Assembly (NCBI GenBank): GCA_030390025.1
Contig: CM059432.1
Span: 33,730,001-33,794,000 of the forward strand
DNA from: Squalus acanthias
Taxonomy: Eukaryota
Reading direction: 5' to 3'
Length of the DNA stretch: 64,000 bases
Made by a program: the position numbers and the translations under genes. The notes under the pieces are model-generated. The model was not told the DNA's origin, did no database searches, and saw only the letters and a program-made list of their open reading frames with translations. Below, piece after piece: positions 1 through 11,115 of this stretch; position 1 is the first letter of the stretch; every line of letters starts with the position of its first letter.

Positions 1-102
1 GGATCAAAGTTCGATAAATGGAGTTGAGGTACAGATTAGCCATGCTCTAATTGAATGGCGGAGCAGACTTGAGGAGCTGAATGGCCTACTCCTGTTTCTA
101 TG
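1..102 (+). mobile_element. CR1 LINE 3' end fragment
   Basis: GATTAGCCATG..TTGAATGGCGGAGCAG..GAATGGCCTACTCCTG..CTATG matches the 3' UTRs of other CR1 copies in this window (e.g. 26200-26290). Confidence 0.7.
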
Positions 103-1357
103 AGTGGGTGGCTGGTAGATCAAGCTAGAGAAGATTGCTGAGGTATGGTTGAGTGAGAATGTGGAAAGATTTAAAAACAAGAACAAGGATCTTGAAGTCG
201 ATGCACTGGGAGACAGGGAGTTTAAGGACAGGGATAAAGGGTGTGGTGATTTAATTTGAGAGCAAAGTTCCTGATTTTTAAAGGGTGGAGGAGGAGGTGG
301 CTGCTGAGGAGGGCAGAAGAAAATGAATATCTTGTGAGGAAGGACTGAAGATTAAAGACCTAACTACTTGGTCATACAGAAGACCATAGTTGTTTCCCAG
401 TATTGAATTGCCTGTTGACAGTCAATGTCCAGGCTCACAGATGGAAAATGGTCACTGGGGTGAGCTTTTGTAGAATTATCAGTGTCATGAAACCGTACTC
501 CAGCACTAGTCAGGCCTGCAGGAGAGAAGTGAGGTATAAAAGGAAAGATAACTTTGCTTGCAACACGTGTTACCATGGTCCTCTACAGAGGATGGTGCAA
601 TGATGTGGGCAGTGAATTAGCAGCAACGTGCAATGCTACCAATGATTTTTTAATCATTTTAACAAAAGCCTAAATACAAACAGCTTTGGAATTTTATTTG
701 CGGCAGCAGATTTATGGGGTGTAATTTCTCTCAGTGATACCAGTAATAAACGCGGTGTGAAATTCCTTTGTGGGCTGCTCATTAACCCATTTGAAGTCAG
801 AAAATGTCTTACATTTTCAGCTCAGCATGTTGATTTGACTAGTTTGTTACAAATATTGCTGAGACCATGTTCGACTCTCAGTGCCTACAACACAGATGGT
901 TTCCTGCAGCTTGGCATGTTGCTGCTGAAGGACAATCTTGGTGTTAAAGCTTCCCCTGACTACACTGAGCCCGTCTGTGAACTTCCTAACACCCCAGCCC
1001 TGCTCCTTTTCGTATGGGTTGGCAATGTTTATTTAGGAAACTACTGCCTGGAAGTAATGCCTTGGGATACTACCACACAAACTCTTAATAGGTCTAAAAT
1101 TTATTCCTGCACTATCTTAGTGGAGCGGATACCCTGTTTAAAGTAAATATGTTAACATCTTACAATGTAATTTTAAGATCTATATACTTATCAAATATAA
1201 CAACATAGAGAGCATAGAACGAGAAAAGTCCATTCAGTCCATCAGGCCCACTCTTTTTATAGGCCATGTATAATCTACCTTATCATGGCTTTTACCCCCA
1301 CCCATTTAATCTCCGTCCAGAAGACCATGTGCAATCTACCATGAACTCTACAAAGTC

Positions 1358-1770
1358 AGCTTGCATTTATATAGCACCTTTCACAAGGCCAGGACATCCC
1401 AATGTGGTGCAAAACCAATTAAGTATTTTTAAGGTGTAGTCAATGTTGTAATGCAGGGAAGCGCAGCAGTCAGTTTGCACATTGCAAGGTCTCACAAACA
1501 GCAATGAGACTAATGACCAAATAATCTATTTTAGTGATGTTGGTTGAAGGATGAACATTGGCCAGGACAACACCCCTGCTCTTCTTCAAATAGTCCACCT
1601 GAGACGGCAGATGGTGCATCCGTTTAATGTCCCATCTGAAAGGCAGCACCTTTGACACTCCTTTTGTATGACGCTGAAGTGTACACCTAGATTACATGCT
1701 CAAGTCTCTGGGTGGGTCTAGAACCCATGACTTTCTGACTCAGAGACAATAGTATTACCACTGAGCCATG
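1358..1770 (-). mobile_element. Deu-domain SINE (SacSINE1/AmnSINE1-like) with L2-type tail
   Basis: Same sequence family as 1850-2188, with tRNA-like head near 1710-1770 and reverse-strand tail GCTATATAAATGCAAG. Confidence 0.65.
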
Positions 1771-1849
1771 GTTGAAATATGAAAGGCATTAATGCAGAAT
1801 CAATTGAGGTGGTTAGAAAGTAAGGGTATTAAGGGATATGGAAAAAAGA

Positions 1850-2188
1850 AAGACTTGCATTTATATAGCGCCTTTCACGAACACCGGATGTCTCAAAGCG
1901 CTTTACAGTCAATGAAGTACTTTTTGAAGTGTAGTCACTGTTGTAATGTGGGAAAGGCGGCAGCCAATTTATGCACAGCAAGCTCCCACAAACAGCAATG
2001 TGATAATGACCAGATAATCTGTTTTTGTTATGTTGGTTGAGGGATAAATATTGGCCGGGACACCAGGGATAACTCCTCTGCTCTTCTTCGAAATAGTGCC
2101 ATGGGATCTTTTACATCCACCTGGGAGAGCAGACGGGGCCTCGGTTTAACGTCTCATCCGAAAGACGGCACCTCCGACAGTGCAGCAC
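1850..2188 (-). mobile_element. Deu-domain SINE (SacSINE1/AmnSINE1-like)
   Basis: Reverse strand reads GGAGGTGCCGTCTTTCGGATGAGACGTTAAACCGAGG..AAAGATCCCATGGCACTATTTCGAAGAAGAG (Deu core) and ends in the L2-like tail GGCGCTATATAAATGCAAG. Confidence 0.75.
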
Positions 2189-2402
2189 ATGCTGGACAAC
2201 AAAGAGGACATGAAGTTGTGATTCGAGCTGCCATGGCTAACAAAATGACAGAGATGGCTCAATAGCTTACTCTGGTTTCTATGTTCCAATACACTCAGCA
2301 CTAAATTGGCTGAGCTTAGTTAACTCAGCACAGACTAGGAATCAAACTTGAGACCTTCATAATCTGTGTGGCTCACTGCCTTAACAAGCTGAACTATTAC
2401 GA

Positions 2403-2835
2403 TAGCAAAATACTGCGGATGCTGGAAATCCGAAATAACAACAGAAAACGCTGGAAAAACTCAGCAGGCCAGGCAGCATCCGTGGAGAGAGAAAGAGAGT
2501 TGACGTTTCAGGTCGATGACCTTTCATCAGAACTGGGAAGAGCTGGAAATCAAATAGATTTAAGGCCAGGGTAAAGCTGGGAAAAGGGGGAGGGGATAAA
2601 GGAACAAAGGAGGAGATGAAGAGACATTAAGAGATATGCAAGGCTAGAGGTGGTGTTAATGTGACAGATTAAGGCTGAATGAAGTGTGAAATCCACTGGC
2701 AGAATGAAGGACAGCTGCCAGCTTCATGGAGGAAAAAAAAAGGTGGGGGGGACAAATAAAAGGGTGGATAAAATAAAATATAAATGTGATTGGAGCTGAG
2801 GTTATGATCTAAAATTGTTGAACTCGATATTGAGT
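2403..2835 (-). mobile_element. Penelope-like element pLTR-derived repeat
   Basis: 2403-2565 is nearly the reverse complement of 36364-36527 and contains a hammerhead core. Confidence 0.6.
2498..2534 (-). ncRNA. Minimal type I hammerhead ribozyme motif
   Basis: Minus strand AGTT-CTGATGA-A-AGGTC-ATC-GACCT-GAAA-CG-TC-AACT: stem I AGTT/AACT, stem II AGGTC/GACCT, palindromic ACGT stem III, GUC triplet. Confidence 0.75.
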
Positions 2836-5186
2836 CCAGCTGAACTATTAGTTGAGCTGCCTCTGCACATACATACAATTAGGAAGAATATATACATATA
2901 ATTAACAAGAAAAACAACTGAACAGGACTGCACACTGAGCAGGAATATACCCTCACAGACTCCTGACAGGATATAGGATCAAGTTTGTCATCCGATTGGT
3001 GAACTTATCTCTCAATCACAACCTTTCTTGTATTTCTCCATTTTACCAATACTGCAATGGTCATTGCTCTTCTGAACTTTTGTCTTTTGTTATAATCTGA
3101 ATGTGCCATCCTACCCACTCTTCCTCCTTTCTGTAGCCTCATTGCACTGAAATCAAGACTCATTGCCCAGCCTCATAACCTATTCTTTCCAAGGATCGTG
3201 GAACTCTTCATTTCTTTCATTCTTCCTGTAATAAACAGACTTTCAAAATCCCAAACTTGATGTCGTCGCAGCATGACATCTCGATTTACTCTATCTTTGC
3301 TCCTACTCTTTTCAACCTTGCTGGTGCCTTGGACCTTTGCCTGGGATTCCCAATTGAAAAAGAATATGCTCATATCAACCTATGGAATCATTAATCTTAA
3401 AACTCCTTTAGAGAAGAAATAAAACCTGAAGAATGAAGTCACTTGGATTAGGAACTAGAAGGCGGTGAATGTGAAATGGTACTTCGGTAAGACTCAACAC
3501 TTAGGAACTGGGTGGCACAGTGGCTTTCACTTGCCTTTCAGCACTGGAACCTGGGTTCAAATCTCTTCTGTCAGATGGCTGTAAGAGTCCTACATGAAAT
3601 GTGTTTGGGCATCAGCCATCCAGTTCCTAGTGGGCATGGGCCTACAGTATAAAATTGCCCCTCATTTGGCACAAATTGCCAATACCACTCAGTGAGGCCA
3701 CAGGATGGCTGGTGTGTGAAATGAAATAAATGCCACACTGGTAGGGGGTGGGGTGCTGTTCTGAGGTTAGGATTGCGGCATGTTGTTAAGGTAGAGGGAG
3801 CTCAGTGGGCAGAGGATAGCCAAATATTTTAAGAATTTATCTGCTGATATTAATATCTTGTCGTAAATATGTGACATGTTTGCTGATAAAATCAGAAAAG
3901 ATGACAGACTGACAGGGTTCTGGATGCTGAACACTGCAAACAGGAATAACTGAGGTAAAATACAGCTTTGGTTTGTAACTGCATGATTGCAATGGTAGCA
4001 TCATAAATCCTGCATAATGGGAGTGAATGTGAAGTGATTTGATAGAATGGGATATTATGCTTGGATCCCATGTATGTTTGGGTCAGGTCTGTGCTGATGT
4101 TAGACTTGGCTTGGTTTAAGAGTCTCCCTTGATTTTTGCTACCAATCAATTTTCTGTTGCTTTGAGTTAATAGATTATTTAATACACAGTAATTATTTTG
4201 TTATTGGATATTGTAAATTTTCATTATTTTTAGATTAAGAATAGAACCATGTTTACAATCCAGTAGTTTGGGTCCAGTCTATCCCGTACACCGGTTTGAG
4301 TTGGGTCGTTATATGTTATCAGAAAATATTGCAATGATAATCACCCAGTAATTTAATGGGAAAATACACTCGCTAGTATGCTACTGAATCTTATAGACCA
4401 GGAAGGTTTTACAATTGATTCCCAATTTGTACTGTCAGCTGGGGATATAGTGGTCATTACAATTGGCCTCAGAAACCTTGAGTTAGGAACGGGGGGAAAA
4501 ATCAGCCAGCGTTGCCAATGACTCTTGCTGGATAGTGCAAGTGTGTGGACGTTAGGTGAGGACAGGATTGGTAGTCATAGAATCATAGAATGTTACAGCA
4601 CAGAAGGAGGTATTCCGGCCCTTTGAAAGATCTATCCAATCTCTCCGGCATGGACTCGATGGGCTGAATGGCCTCCTTCTGTGCCGTTATGACTCTATGG
4701 GGGAAAAATTCAGTTGCTTTGCGCCTCCCAGAATGGGGCGCAAAGCAACTAGTGCCTGGGTGCGGCGATGTTTGCGCCGCTCGCGAAATTGACCAGAGTT
4801 TTTGCGGTGGCGCAAAACTCTACTGCCCCGATCTCCTGTGCCCGCAGATCATGACATCAGTCGAGCGTGCAACTCCCCGGTGGCACCCCGGACCGGATAT
4901 TGAGTGGCGCCCCCCTCCTTTCCGCCTGCCGCAAGCAACAACAGGGAGACTGGAACATTTTCCAGTCGGTAGGGGCTGGGGGGTGCTATTTAAAGGCGCC
5001 CCCTTCCTGCCTTTTTTTGTGGGAGACGTTTTTTCACCATTCACTCTGACAGAGAAAGATTCTGAGAAAGAGAGAGAGAGAGACTTCTGCATAGAGTCAA
5101 TGCTGTGTGAAGTAGTTTTGGCTACTGAGCATCACTTTGCAGGTTCTTTTGGATTTGACCTTCATTACTTTGATTGTCAAGAGACT

Positions 5187-6350
5187 GTGGGGGCTGCACT
5201 GATTCAGGGCGTCGTCCTGCGTCTGCAGAATCGGAGGCATCAGAGTCGCAGAGAGAGAGTGTCAATCATGGCCAGACGGAGGAGGGCCAACAGGCCTCTG
5301 CACAGGAGACCTTACCCTCCCAGAGTATTCCGGGAATAATTCTCCTTCATTAATTTGTCTGAGGAGCAGTGTTTGTGCAGGCTGCGCTTCAGCAAGGAGG
5401 TGGTCACTGAGCTCTGCCACCTGCTGCAGCCAGATCTGCAGCCTCAACTGAGGACCAGGACATCTCTGTTGGTGGCAGTGAAGGTCACAGTGGCTCTGAA
5501 TTTTTATGCCACTGGCTCCTTTCAAGCAGCTACTGGGGACATCGCCAATATCTCCCAGTTTGCGGTCCATTGCTGTATCTGGCAGGTCACCAATGCCCTC
5601 TATAAAAGGAGACGCCAGTACATCTCTTTCCCAGTGACCCGGGCCAAACAGCATGAACGCGCATTGGGCTTTGCGAGGATAGTGGGCTTCCCCATGGTGC
5701 AGGACGTCATTGACTGCACGCATGTGGCATTGCGGGCACCGCAGGAGAATGCAGAGGTTTTCCAAAACTGCAACAGGTTCCACTCCTTATATGTCCAGTT
5801 GGTCTGTGACCACAGACAGCTGATACTCGCTGTCAATGCCCGCTATCCTGGCAGCAGCCATGATGCTTTCATCCTGCGCCAGACTGGTGTGCCAGAGCTT
5901 TTCCAGGCAACGCATCAGCCAAGTGGTTGGCTCCTCGGGGACAAGGGTTATCCACTCTGCACCTGGCTGATGACACCGCTCCGTAACCCCAACACCCCTG
6001 CTGAGCTGCAGTACATTGAGAGCCATCTCGCCACCAGGAACATAATTGAGCAGACGATTGGCGTGCTCAAGCAATGGTTCCACTGTCTGGACCACTCAGG
6101 AGGAGCCCTGCAGTACTCGCCTGAGCGAGTCTCCCTCTTCATAGTTGTGTGCTGCATTCTTCATAACCTGGCAATCCTCAGGACCCAGCCAATGCCACCA
6201 GGCCTTGGTGCACCACCGGAGGAGGAGGAGGAGGAAGAGGAGGAGGAAGAGGAGGAGGATGATCAGCAGCAGCACCAAGGCGGGAGGGAGGCCCACAATG
6301 TTGAAACTGCAAGGGTAGTCCGTCAAAGACTGATAAAAAGCCACTTCTAG
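5187..6350 (+). pseudogene. Harbinger (HARBI1-like, DDE_Tnp_4) transposase with one in-frame stop (5337-5339) and a GTG start
   Basis: Motifs VIDCTHV, PGSSHDA, LLGDKGYP, RNIIEQTIGVLK, CCILHN and an acidic C-terminal tract; ORFs 4668-5339 and 5355-6350 share a frame; paralogue at 44640 starts ATG GGG GCT. Confidence 0.9.
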
Positions 6351-6588
6351 GCCCCTACTCAGGAAATGGCTTCTGGCATGGAGAACAACATGATGGAAAG
6401 CAACCCCTATAGCCGGCCAAGGCAGCAATGATTCCAAAGGCCAAACATGTACGTTTTCAATACAAAAACTTTTTTATTTTACAAACTCTGTGTGTGTCAT
6501 TTCTTCATGACAAACTAATAGAAACAAACACAAAACATCATTAATTAACATAACTGGTTCTCACAACCTGGAGATAATGGCCAAAACG

Positions 6589-8416
6589 CTAAACAAAAGT
6601 TATTACACGAACCTTGGCCTTTAATAAAGGCATTCCCAACATTTCGTCAGACCTCCTACTTTTTGCCCTTCGAGGGTGATCTCCTTCCCTTGCGCACTTC
6701 CCCCTTCCCACCCTACTGCTCCTCCGTAATGGGGCCCCAGTGGCTGCAGCAAGGCTGGTGGAAGGCTGCTGAATGTCAGATCCTGAGACTACAGATGCCC
6801 TTGAAGGACGCCCTCGACCAGCTCTGGGCCTGGAGGGCTCGGCTGCAGACTGCACCAACTCTGCACGGGCAGCAGCAGTCTGGGCTACAGGCGGTGGCAA
6901 GTGCAATGGGGAAGTGACAGTGGTGGCAGCAGGAATGCTGTCATCTTGAGAGAGACCAGCACCTCCCTGCTTGACCGACACACTGGCACTCCCACGGGGC
7001 AGCACCTCAGCATCCGGAGCAATCTGCTGGAGCACTGATTGCTGGCCTGCTGCGGCGCCGTGAGAGCCCCGGGGAAATGTGTCTGAACCAGCGACGATGG
7101 CAGCAGTCAGTGCTTGCGTGGCCTCAATCTGAGACTGCATGAGACCAGTCTGAGATTGTATCACGGCAGCCAGTGACTGAATTGCAGCACTAAACATTTG
7201 TGTGGCATCCGCCTGTGCTGCAGCGAAGTGCTCCACACTCCTTGCCAGTGCATCAATGCTTTCGGGCACCCTTCCCACTGCACCCATGAGCTGAGTGTGC
7301 ATGTCCACCGCCTGGGTGTCCATTTCAGCGATGAGCCGCTCCTCCTCTGCGTCCAGTGCAGCAGGACTCGCTGGCCTACTCTCCCTCCGGGGAGAAGGCC
7401 CCCGAGCTTCCCTACCCCTATCACGTTGCTGCAGCCCGCTGGGTCCCGGAGCTTCACACTCATCAGACCCTTCCCCCCCGCTCCCCTCCAGGGAAGACGT
7501 GGTCCCAGTGTGGGCATGGGCTTCCTCGGGAGAGGGTGGCGCTGAGGCTCCGGCTTCCTCTTCCTCCTTGCCTGCGGCTTCGCTCCCACTGGCAGCTTGA
7601 GGGCCTGTCTCCTCAGCTGGTGAATCTCCATCTGAAAGCAGGGAGGTACAAGAGTGGCTTTAGTGTGAGGATAGGGGGGCAGTAAGGGAGGAAGGAGTGG
7701 AGCGATTTAGTAAGTTGGATTGAAAGTGTCAAAGGCTGGTGTTGTGAGGGACAAGTGGAATGAGAGAGAGAAAGCTGATGACCTTAACATTGCTGTCCCG
7801 AACGGGGTCGAGCTCTTCAGGGGCGACGGGACCGATCACCTGGCTTGCCACAATCCTGTGGACGCGCGCCTCAAGATCGCTGAGGGGTTGCAGCTGAGGC
7901 AGCCCTCCACCCATCCGTTGCTGCTGTCTCCTGTTATGAGATAGCTTGGCCTGCAAGACAAAGGACGGCGTCTGAGTAAATATACAGCCATGGTCTTTCC
8001 TGATGTGCCTCCCATAGTTGAATAGCCCTTACTGTATGCAAAGTGTGGAATGTGCGTGTGTGTTTTATGAGAGGGCCATAGGTCTTGGATGAGTGTTGGG
8101 CATTGGGGTTTTAAGACCCTCTGGCCATAGAGTGAGGTTGAAATGGAGGGATGGAGAGGTATTGAAAAACAGCCACTCACCCTGACGACCCGAGTGAGGT
8201 CATTGAACTTTTTGCGACATTGAGTATGGGTCCTGGTCACCATGCTCCTGGAGGAGACGTGCTGAGCCACCTCCCTCCACACTCTTCTGTAGTCGCGCGG
8301 CAATGGCCTCCTGCCACTCTCAGGGTGCAGTATAGCTCTTCTGTGCTCCACCGCGCCAACCAGAGCCTCCTAGCTTACTCGCTGAAGCGCTGAGCTCGTT
8401 CTCTCACCCTCTCCAT
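6589..8416 (-). pseudogene. Harbinger Myb/SANT-like DNA-binding protein gene, 3 exons (~8416-8181, 7950-7783, 7631-6589), disrupted
   Basis: Exon 1 MERVRERAQRFSE..VEHRRAILHPESGRRP..WREVAQHVSS..RTHTQCRKKFNDL; splice sites AGG|GTGAGT, TTGCAG|GCC, AAG|GTCATC, TTTCAG|AT; stop and frameshift near the start; exon 2/3 phase off by one base. Confidence 0.8.
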
Positions 8417-9341
8417 AGTCCTTGGCTGGAAAATTTAGGCACAGGTCTCTCCAGGCCGAGATTCAAGGCTCCAATGAGCAGGATGTGGCTGGAGAGCAAG
8501 ATCGATCCTCCCCTGTAAGAACTGGCCGACGCCAGTGTGTCTGTGTTCCATTGCTAACTGACATCACCTGCGCTGCGCCCGCGCTCTGAGTTAGCGCCTC
8601 GCTCCTCAGCCTTTGGGCCTTAAGACAGGTGTGTAGCGCCTGATTTAGCGCTCCAATCACCCCCAGGGGCGATAAAAGCCAAGTTTGCAGTTGGAGGCGA
8701 TAATTAGCGCCAGGCGCTAAACTTTGCGCCCGGCCGATAATTGCGCCCCAAACGGGGCGATACCGAATTTCTCCCCCCCCATGACTCTAGCCCCACTGCT
8801 CCCGCTCTTTTTCCATAGCCCTACTGCGTGTCGTTCCATGCAGTTGAATAGCCAATTGACATTGTGGGTTGGGGGGATTCTGTGATCTGCCTAAAATCAG
8901 ATGGGATCGCAACGTAGAATGAGAGTAAATTTGGGGCAGTGAGGCCTACCACCGCTCCACCACCCCAATCGGGATTTCCCTCACCTTGCTTAACACCAAT
9001 AGGAACTTTATTGGGCGCTCCTTCCCTGTCCGCTGCATGCGAATGGCGACGGGAGGGGTTTGGGCCTTGGTCCCCAGGGGATTTCCTTCCCATCTGCTTT
9101 TTCCTGCGAGCACCATGGGGAAGGTTGGTCCCAGGAACTGGTTATGTCTGTTTGGACCAATGATTGAATAAATGAAGTTCCATTTTCATTACATGGGATT
9201 CTAGGAAAAACAGAAGTGAGATGAGCTATTCGTTCATTTATATTTGTGGTGGTGTTTGTTGTGGAAGAATATTGGTCAGGACACCAGGAGGGCTCCAGCT
9301 CTTGCGTCATTCTAAAGGTAGGACAGGGGTGCAAATACTCT

Positions 9342-11115
9342 TTTTTTAAATTCGTTTTTATGGGATGGGGGCGTTGCTGACAGGGCCAGCATTTATTGCC
9401 CATCCCTAATTGTCCTTGAAAAGTTGGTGGTGAGCTGCCTTTTTGAACCGCTGCAGTCCGTGTGGTGAAGGTACTCCCACAGTGCTGTTAAGGAGGGAGT
9501 TCCAGGATTTTGATGACAATGAAGGATCGGAGATATACTTCTAAGTCAGGATGGTGTGTGACTTGGAGGGGAACTTGGAGGTGGTGGTGTTCCCATGCGC
9601 CTGCTGCCCTTGTCCTTCTAGGTGGAAGAGGTCGCGGGTTTGGGAGGTGCTGCCGAAGAAGCCTTGGTGAGTTGCTGCAATGCATCTTGCAGATGGTACA
9701 CATTGCAGCCACGGTATGCCGGTGGTGGAGGGAGTGAATGTTTAAAGTGGTGGATGGGGTGCCAATCAAGCGGGCTGCTTTGTCTTGGATGTTGTTGGAG
9801 CTGCACTCATCCAGGCAAGTGGAGAGTATTCCATCACACTCCTTACTTGTGCCTTGTAGATGGTGGAAAGGCTTTGGGGAGTCAGGAGGTGAGACACTCG
9901 CCGCAGAATACCCAGCCTCTGACCTGCTCTTGTTGGCACAGTATTTATGTGGCTGGTCCAGTTAAGTTTCTGGTCAATGGTGACCCCCAGGATGTTGATG
10001 GTGGGGGATTCGGGGTAATGCCGTTGAATGTCAAGGGGCGGTGGTTAGACACTCACTTGTTGGAGATAGTCATTGCCTGGCACTTCTGTGGCGCGAATGT
10101 TACCTGCCACTTATTAGCCCAAGCCTGAACGTCATCCAGGTTTTGTTGCATGCGGGCATGGACTGCTTCATTATCTGAGGAGTTGTGAATGGCGCTGAAC
10201 ACTGTTCAGTCATCAGTGAACATCCCCATTTCTGACCTTATGTTGGAGGGAAGGTCATTGATGAAGCAGTTGAAGATGGTTGGGCCTAGGACACTGCCCT
10301 GAGGAACTCCTGCAGCGATGTCCTGGGGCTGTGATGATTGACCTTCAACCACCACAACCATCTTCCTTTGTGCTAGGTAGGACTCCAGCCAGTGGAGCGT
10401 TTTCCCTCTGATTCCCATTGACTTCAGATTAACTAGGGCTCCTTGATGCCACACTCAGTCAAATGCTGTTTTGAAATCAAGGACAGTCACTCTCACCTCA
10501 CCTCTAGAATTCAGCTCTTTTGTCCATGTTTGGACCAAGGCTGTAATGAGGTCGGGAGCCGAGTGGTCTTGGCGGAACCCAAACTGGGCATCAGTGAGCA
10601 GGTTATTGGTGAGTAAGTGCTGTTTGATAGCACTGTCGATGACACCTTCCATCACTTTGCTGATGATTGAGAGTAGCCTGATGGGATGGTAATTGGCTGG
10701 GTTGGATTTGTCCTGCTTTTTGTGGACAGGACATACCTGGGCAGTTTTCCACATTGTTGTATAGATGCCAGTGTTGTAGCTGTACTGGAACAGCTTGGCT
10801 TGAGGCACGGCTAGTTCTGGAGCACAAGTCTTCAGCACGATAGCCGGGATGTTATCGGGGCCCATAGCCTTTGCTGTATCCAGTGCTCTCAGCCATTTGT
10901 TGATATCACGTGAAGTGAATCGAATTGGCTGAAGACTAACTTCTGTAGTGGTGGGGACCTGAGGAGGAGGCCGATATGGATCATCCACTCGGCACTTCTG
11001 GCTGAAGATGTTTGTAAACGCTTCAACCTTGTCTTTTGAACTCACGTGCTGGGCTCCACCATCATTGAGGATGGGGATATTCATGGAGCCTCCTCCTCCC
11101 ATTAGTTGTTTAATG
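9342..11115 (-). mobile_element. Non-LTR retrotransposon (CR1/L2 group, distinct family), RT region and 3' end
   Basis: ORFs 10455-11189 (KAMGPDNIP, PVHKK, QFGFR, DFKTAFD) and 10206-10454 ([14 protein letters not shown]); AATAAA and A-rich tail near 9345-9400; continues at 13529-13800 beyond the nested CR1. Confidence 0.85.

Larger units (their letters stand above)
4699..8779. mobile_element. PIF/Harbinger DNA transposon, near full length (~4.1 kb)
   Basis: Imperfect TIRs GGGGGAAAAATTC / GAATTTCTCCCC; flanks TAT and CAT within a TATGACTC repeat; convergent transposase and Myb/SANT genes. Confidence 0.9.

Noticed and set aside
4668..5186. N-terminal part of the 223-aa ORF
   Set aside because: It reads through a CR1 tail and the transposon TIR/UTR; only the part from 5187 matches the paralogous transposase
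5355..6350. Host HARBI1 gene
   Set aside because: It lies within TIRs next to a Myb partner gene and has an upstream in-frame stop, so it is a transposon copy rather than the domesticated gene
9488..10128. Several overlapping ORFs
   Set aside because: Frameshifted or antisense translations of a decayed LINE 3' region
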